Assembly: GCA_018398765.1 (NCBI GenBank) | Contig: JAHBMJ010000266.1 | Span: forward strand, 1 to 64,000 | Direction of reading: 5' to 3' | Length of the DNA: 64,000 nucleotides | From: Chromera velia | Lineage: Eukaryota | In this document: positions 58,696 to 64,000 of the stretch, piece after piece | How the letters are laid out: every line of letters starts with the position of its first letter | How positions within the stretch are numbered: position 1 is the stretch's first letter | Notes under the pieces: generated by a model | Told to the model about the DNA's origin: nothing | Seen by the model: only the letters and a program-made list of their open reading frames with translations | Database searches by the model: none | Made by a program: the position numbers and the translations under genes

Positions 58696-59585
58696 GAGGA
58701 GACGGCTGAACACGCGAACATAGCGTGGAAAGTCTGGAGGTGAAGGAGGAGATGGCTGAACACGCGAACAGAGCGTGGGAAGTCTGGAGGTGAAGAAAGA
58801 GATGGCTGAACACGCGAACACAGCGTAGAAAGTCTGGAGGTGAAGAAGGAGATGGCTGAACACGCGAACATAGCGTGGAAAGTCTGGAGGTCAAGAAAGA
58901 GATGGCTGAACATGCGAACACAGCGTGGAAAGTTTGGAGGTGAAGGAAGAGATGGCTGAACACGCGTACACAGCGTGGGAAGTTTGGAGGTGAAGGAGGA
59001 GACCGCTGAACATGCGAACAGAGCGTGGGAAGTCTGGAGGTGAACGAGGAGACGGCTGAACACGCGTACACAGCATAGGAAGTTTGGAGGTGAAGAAGGA
59101 GATGGCTGAACATGCGAACGCAGCGTGGGAAGTTTGGAGGTGAAGGAGAAGACAGCTGAATACGCATACACAGTGTGGGAAGTCTGGAGGTGAAGGAGGA
59201 GACGGCTGAACACGCAAACAAAGCGTGGGAAGTTTGGAGGTGAACAAGGAGACGGCAGAACACGCGAACAAGGCGTGCAAAATCTGAAGGTGAAGGAGAA
59301 GACGGCTGAATACGCGTACACACCGTGGGAAGTCTGGAGGTGAAGGAGGAGACGGCTGAACACACGAACACAGCGTGGAAAGTCTGGAGGTGAAGAAGGA
59401 GACGGCTGAACATACGAACAGAGCGTGGGAAGTCTGGAGGTGAAGGAAGAGACGGCTGAAACACGCGAACACAGCGTGGGAAGTCTGGGGGTGAAGGAGG
59501 AGACGGTTGAACGTTCAGACAGAGCGTTGAAAGTCTGAAAGGAAGGAAGAAACGGCTGAACGCACAAACAGAGCGTTTGGAGCAC
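58696..59585 (+). repeat. 50-bp minisatellite, about 17-18 copies
   Basis: Unit gagacggctgaacacgcgaacacagcgtgggaagtctggaggtgaaggag, degenerating at the right end. Confidence 0.95.
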
Positions 59586-62268
59586 AAAGGTGGAAAACGG
59601 GGGAGACAAAGCTTTCAATGGAAAGCTCATTGGAAGACGGAAGAAGCAAAAGGGGACGGCTAGAGAAAAGAAGAATAAGCAAACCAAACAAATAAAAATA
59701 AATGATGAGTCTGAGCAAAACAACACGACGGACAGATGAACAACATGTTATGAACGAGTATGTACAAAAGGCAAACGGACGGACTGCAGAGTCAGTGATA
59801 GGCTCTAGAGCGGAGTACCCGTCAGGGCGATTTGGATGGCCCTGCACTGTGTGGAAGTCGGGCTCCCGACTCTCGCAGCCCAGGATTCGCCCTTGGCGAG
59901 GAAAGGCTGCCCCAGGCCCACGCAGCGGCCTCTGAACTTACGTCAAACAACTGCGTAAACAAAAAGGAAAGAAAGGATTTGACCAGTCACATAAAAGATC
60001 TCCCGGTGCTGCACTGAAGGTGTAGGCAACCGTGCGAGAATTTAAACCAGTTCTGTTCAAAATATAAGAGGACACGGCAGCAAATCAAAACACGGGGGTA
60101 CGCGGCGAGATCAGGTGAAGAACACCTTGAGTCTCCAAAGACCCTACCCACCTTCAAAGCAACGAACGGAAGAATGGACAGAAGCTCCCACCGAAAATCA
60201 GTGTGGAAAAGTAATAAACCTGCAATAACCATACATATGGCACTCACAGATAATTTGAAAATAGGAAGAATATGCGAGATAATTCATGTGAACCACGCTG
60301 CATTTCATCTGACAGGAACTGTATGGGATACAGTAAGAGATTCTCTTGAATGTCAGCAAGCATAGCAGCAGACAGATATATGTGCTTGATTCAGAAAGGA
60401 ACATCGGAACGGCAAAGAAGAGATAGACAAGCTTCATAGCGGGGACGCCCGCAATGAAGATACCGGGGAGCCCGGTCAGACATAAGAAATGACCAGAGAG
60501 ACTATTAGGTACAGAAAGAAAGATCAACAGATTGTCGGCCATCCATTGAAAAAGCAGTCATAAGCCAGACAAACAGTCGATACAATCGTACACAATAAAA
60601 TGATTGCATGGTGGAATATATGGTTGCAATTATTTTTTTGGGGGTATGCATATGAATATAAGACACCCCAGGACAGGACCCGACCAAGAACACAGACACG
60701 GCCAGAAGTACAACGGAGCGGATTTCGCTCATCTCGATTGCAGTCCAACTTCAAATCATAAAGAGGGCACCCACCTTCAGGAGCTGTCTCAGGCCGTGAT
60801 AGAGGCTGACACATAACTGCCAGTACCAACATCAACCTGCAGACACAACGGCAGGGGAAGAGATGAAGGAAAAGTAAATCTCGGAAAATTTGGAAAATGC
60901 ACTGCGGGGCACCGTGCCCCATACCAAGGATGACCAGTAAAAATCTCTAAGTACGGGAAGGATTTCGAAAACCTCGCCAATCACATTTCCTCATGGGGGG
61001 TATGATAGCCTGGCACATTGACACCTAGGACGAGTGAAAATTTTCCTGTCTTTGGGAAAATCCGGAGAAAAGTGAGGAGAATGGCCAGTGGGGTAAGGCA
61101 GCGCCGCCATTGGGCCCTTAAGCTCTTCATTCAGAGCAAACCTTTTTAACCCTATTGTGCTGGTGGTTAGCACAAAAAGAGATACCCAACCGGGCCAGAC
61201 GTTTCCCTGACGTCAACTACACCACTAGAAGTTGACAGAGAAACGCGAGGACTCCGAAAGGATCAGTAGCCGTAAGCGACCAAAGACAAGGTAGAATGAA
61301 AGACAAAAGATGCGTTCACATGCACAGTCTTCGACACAAGTTCCCTGCACAACTGAAAGCCTACAAACAGAGCAGTAATCACCATGGCATCTCCCCACAA
61401 ACGATAGAAATCCAATCCAATTAGGAAAAACCCACCAGAGAAAGCACAGCGAGCCCCAAACAACAGAAGTATCCAGGAGACGGCAAACGCGCAAACTAAC
61501 AAAGAAGAAACGAGGCTCCAAAACGAGAGGGGCAGCAGGTCTAATGAACGAAGTAAGGAAATCAAGGTTGTAGAACATCATAAAAAGATAAATATTTACT
61601 GGGACAATGAGCAATTGCTCTCTTTTGAGGCTTGAGCGATTTAAGCTAAACATTGCAAACAAAACATGCAAACAAAACAAGTTTTGCGGCCCTGGAAAGA
61701 CCACAAATTCGCATACGAACGTGCGCCGATTTTGCTGCGCGGGACACTACCTCGCACGAGGTCCCTATTATTTTACGTGCCACCCAAGCTTGCGGCGGCA
61801 GAATATGGGCTCGGGGCGGCGTCGCCACGTAAGGGACCCAACCTTTAGACCCTGAAATAATCGGATTCCCCTTTCCAACTATAAAAGTCTGGGGACTGGC
61901 CAGGCCGCTAGAACCAAACACCAGGCGTTATTAGGAGACCCGCGTGTGGGGTTTTGGTTCGCATGACGACTTGTGGGGCACTTTGAATAAGCGGAATTTT
62001 TTGACTTACGGAAAATTCCGACTGTCGGGAAATTCCGACCTTCGGAATTTTCCGTAAACTCCATCCCCAAGTCTCTCCAGCAAGGCTTGGAGGAGTATTA
62101 TGACATCAAGACGCTGAGAGCAAAAGTGGTTAGATAGGTACAATTTCAAGTGAAAAAGACAATCTGAGTAACAGCTGAGCTACGCTTAGAAGATTCCGTT
62201 TTTACCTCCTTTCTTTAAATCCCTCTCAGTCTCTCCCACATAGTCGCAGTTCTTCTTGGAAGACCCCG

Positions 62269-64000
62269 ATGGAAGAACAAACTATTGTTCCCCATGCAGC
62301 GACCGCGGCGGCTACTCTTCCCAGTATAAAAGACCAGCTACAGGGCTTTCCAGGACGCATCAAAGATTATGTGATCGCTTGTAAAGAACACCCCATCTTT
62401 CAGGCGGTGCCCGAAAATCAAAGGTACACTGACAGCGTCCACGTACCTTTACCTACGGCCCGCAGTCTGCTCGACTCACACGAGACCCGAATCTATGCCG
62501 AGATGCAGGGGGTAGAGGTAGATGCAAAAATAGTATGCGATAAGTATCAGGTCGGGTACAGACTGTCCCCTTTCGCAGGGATTCACGCTTCCAACTTTAC
62601 AGTTGAGAGCCTCGCGCTGGTGGCTGCAGGCCACGAACAGTTCTGGCTTAGACAGACCGGCATGGATGTGGTGACCGAGGTACAAAGAAAACATAGACTG
62701 GAAACCGACCCTCGATACTCCGTGAGGCACGACATCGAGCAGGTTGACATCATTCAACATAGGAGAGTTCTCGAGTGTGGTGTGACACTCATAGCGTGTG
62801 CAGTAGTGAATGGAGGGGTAGCTCTTGAATGGAGCAAGGCGGCCCTTGAGGACTTACACGTTTACCACTACGCCCGCGTGAGGGATGATACCTACCCAGG
62901 GCCAGGAATCCCCTGGCAAGCATTGAAAAAACTATGTGATCTCAACCCCCAATTCGCACCCTGTTGGCATTGCTAAGAAGACCTGGATAGGATGCGGAAA
63001 GGTCTTGTCCCCCCAGGGTCCGTGATATTTTGGAATCTAGATTACAAAGAGGCTTAAGCAAAGGGAATGATCGTTTTCCCTGGGCCACTCTTACAGAATA
63101 GAAGAGTTGTAGCAGCAATGACTCTTCTAAATTCTTTCCGACTCGAGAATGTGCGTGTCTATTGCCCTATAAAAGAAGCAATGGAAAAGGGGAATGTGTA
63201 TATGGTCACCAAGGGGGGAGTCGAAAGAGGTGAGGTCTCTATGGATAAGGACCCTGCTTCTGAGAGCCCTGTGCTCTCCCCAATCACAGAACCCGACTCC
63301 GAGTTAAACTCCGAGTATGAATCAGACACTCAAGATGAAGAGAATGAAGGAAGAAAGGGAAAAAGGAAGAGAGAATTCAGTCTTACCGCACCTGTGGTAC
63401 CTTCCTTGTCAGCTGCCCTTTCTGCGGCAATTGCAGTGGCCCAACCAGTGACTCCTTCAGAGGTTCCCGATGAATCAGACCCTGCTTTCCATCCACTCTC
63501 CTCCCCTGTTTACCCCAACGATTCCGTCCCTCCCCCTCCTCAACCTCACCAGCAACAGCAGCAGCAGCAACAACAATAAAATGCAGCCACACCGATGTTG
63601 ACAGCACAGGTGGGAGGCATCGCTACTCTGTTACCCTCTGCACCGGGCATATCGCCTGTGTTCTTTGCTGACAGTAGCCCCCAACCCTATCAGCAGACAG
63701 GGCCGCTCAGTCCATTCCGTCAGCTATCCCTTCTACCCGCCCCCGCATTCGCCTCAGATTTTCTACCTGCCCCCACTGCAGAGCCACCTGCCGGGTACCT
63801 AACCGGGTATCCTTTTGATCAACCCGAACCCAAGTACTGGATTCAGGGCCTCGGAGACTTTATCCTTCCAATCAATGTGCTTGGGCACTGTATGTGCAGA
63901 ACGGATGAGAAACTTTAGCTTATCATCCCACCAAACTGGCGGGTCCCCGCCCCTGTTCCCCCGCTGCCCCTGGCAGGAGAGCCCCTTCCCAACGCGCTGG
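62269..64000 (+). pseudogene. Long unknown ORF (>570 codons, runs off the window) with 4 in-frame TAA/TAG stops
   Basis: ORFs 62269, 63067 and 63595 share one frame. Stops at 62974, 63055, 63577 and 63916. Confidence 0.7.

Noticed and set aside
58696..59585. CRISPR array, or real proteins from the long minus-strand ORFs
   Set aside because: Contiguous 50-bp units with no unique spacers, no cas genes and a eukaryotic context. The ORFs are by-products of a stop-poor repeat.

Overview
Eukaryotic, repeat-rich window. Spliceosomal introns, TGCATGCA motifs and a secreted TSP1/LNR mucin-like protein suggest an apicomplexan-like alveolate (inference only). Most of the window is nested transposons: a Ty1/copia-order LTR element (980-17821) whose 5' LTR is split by an 11.2-kb TIR element, which itself holds a Ty3/gypsy chromovirus (7552-13738); an 18.4-kb chromodomain gypsy element with a ~1280-codon Gag and an extra 3' ORF (18332-36734); a gag-only LTR element (41864-44963); and TIR/foldback relics (52-62 kb). 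Three intact host-like genes lie between them: two head-to-head secreted receptor-L-domain genes arranged on a palindrome with a 13-nt spacer (axis 39227), and a 4-exon TSP1/LNR/Cys-module/Thr-mucin gene (45766-50946). The two most striking signals are (i) C>T / G>A hypermutation of the transposons, whose ORFs mostly keep their frame but carry many stops at Gln/Trp/Arg positions while the host genes carry none, and (ii) the palindromic gene pair with a near-identical promoter and N-terminus but a diversified solenoid. All alignments and counts were done by eye.
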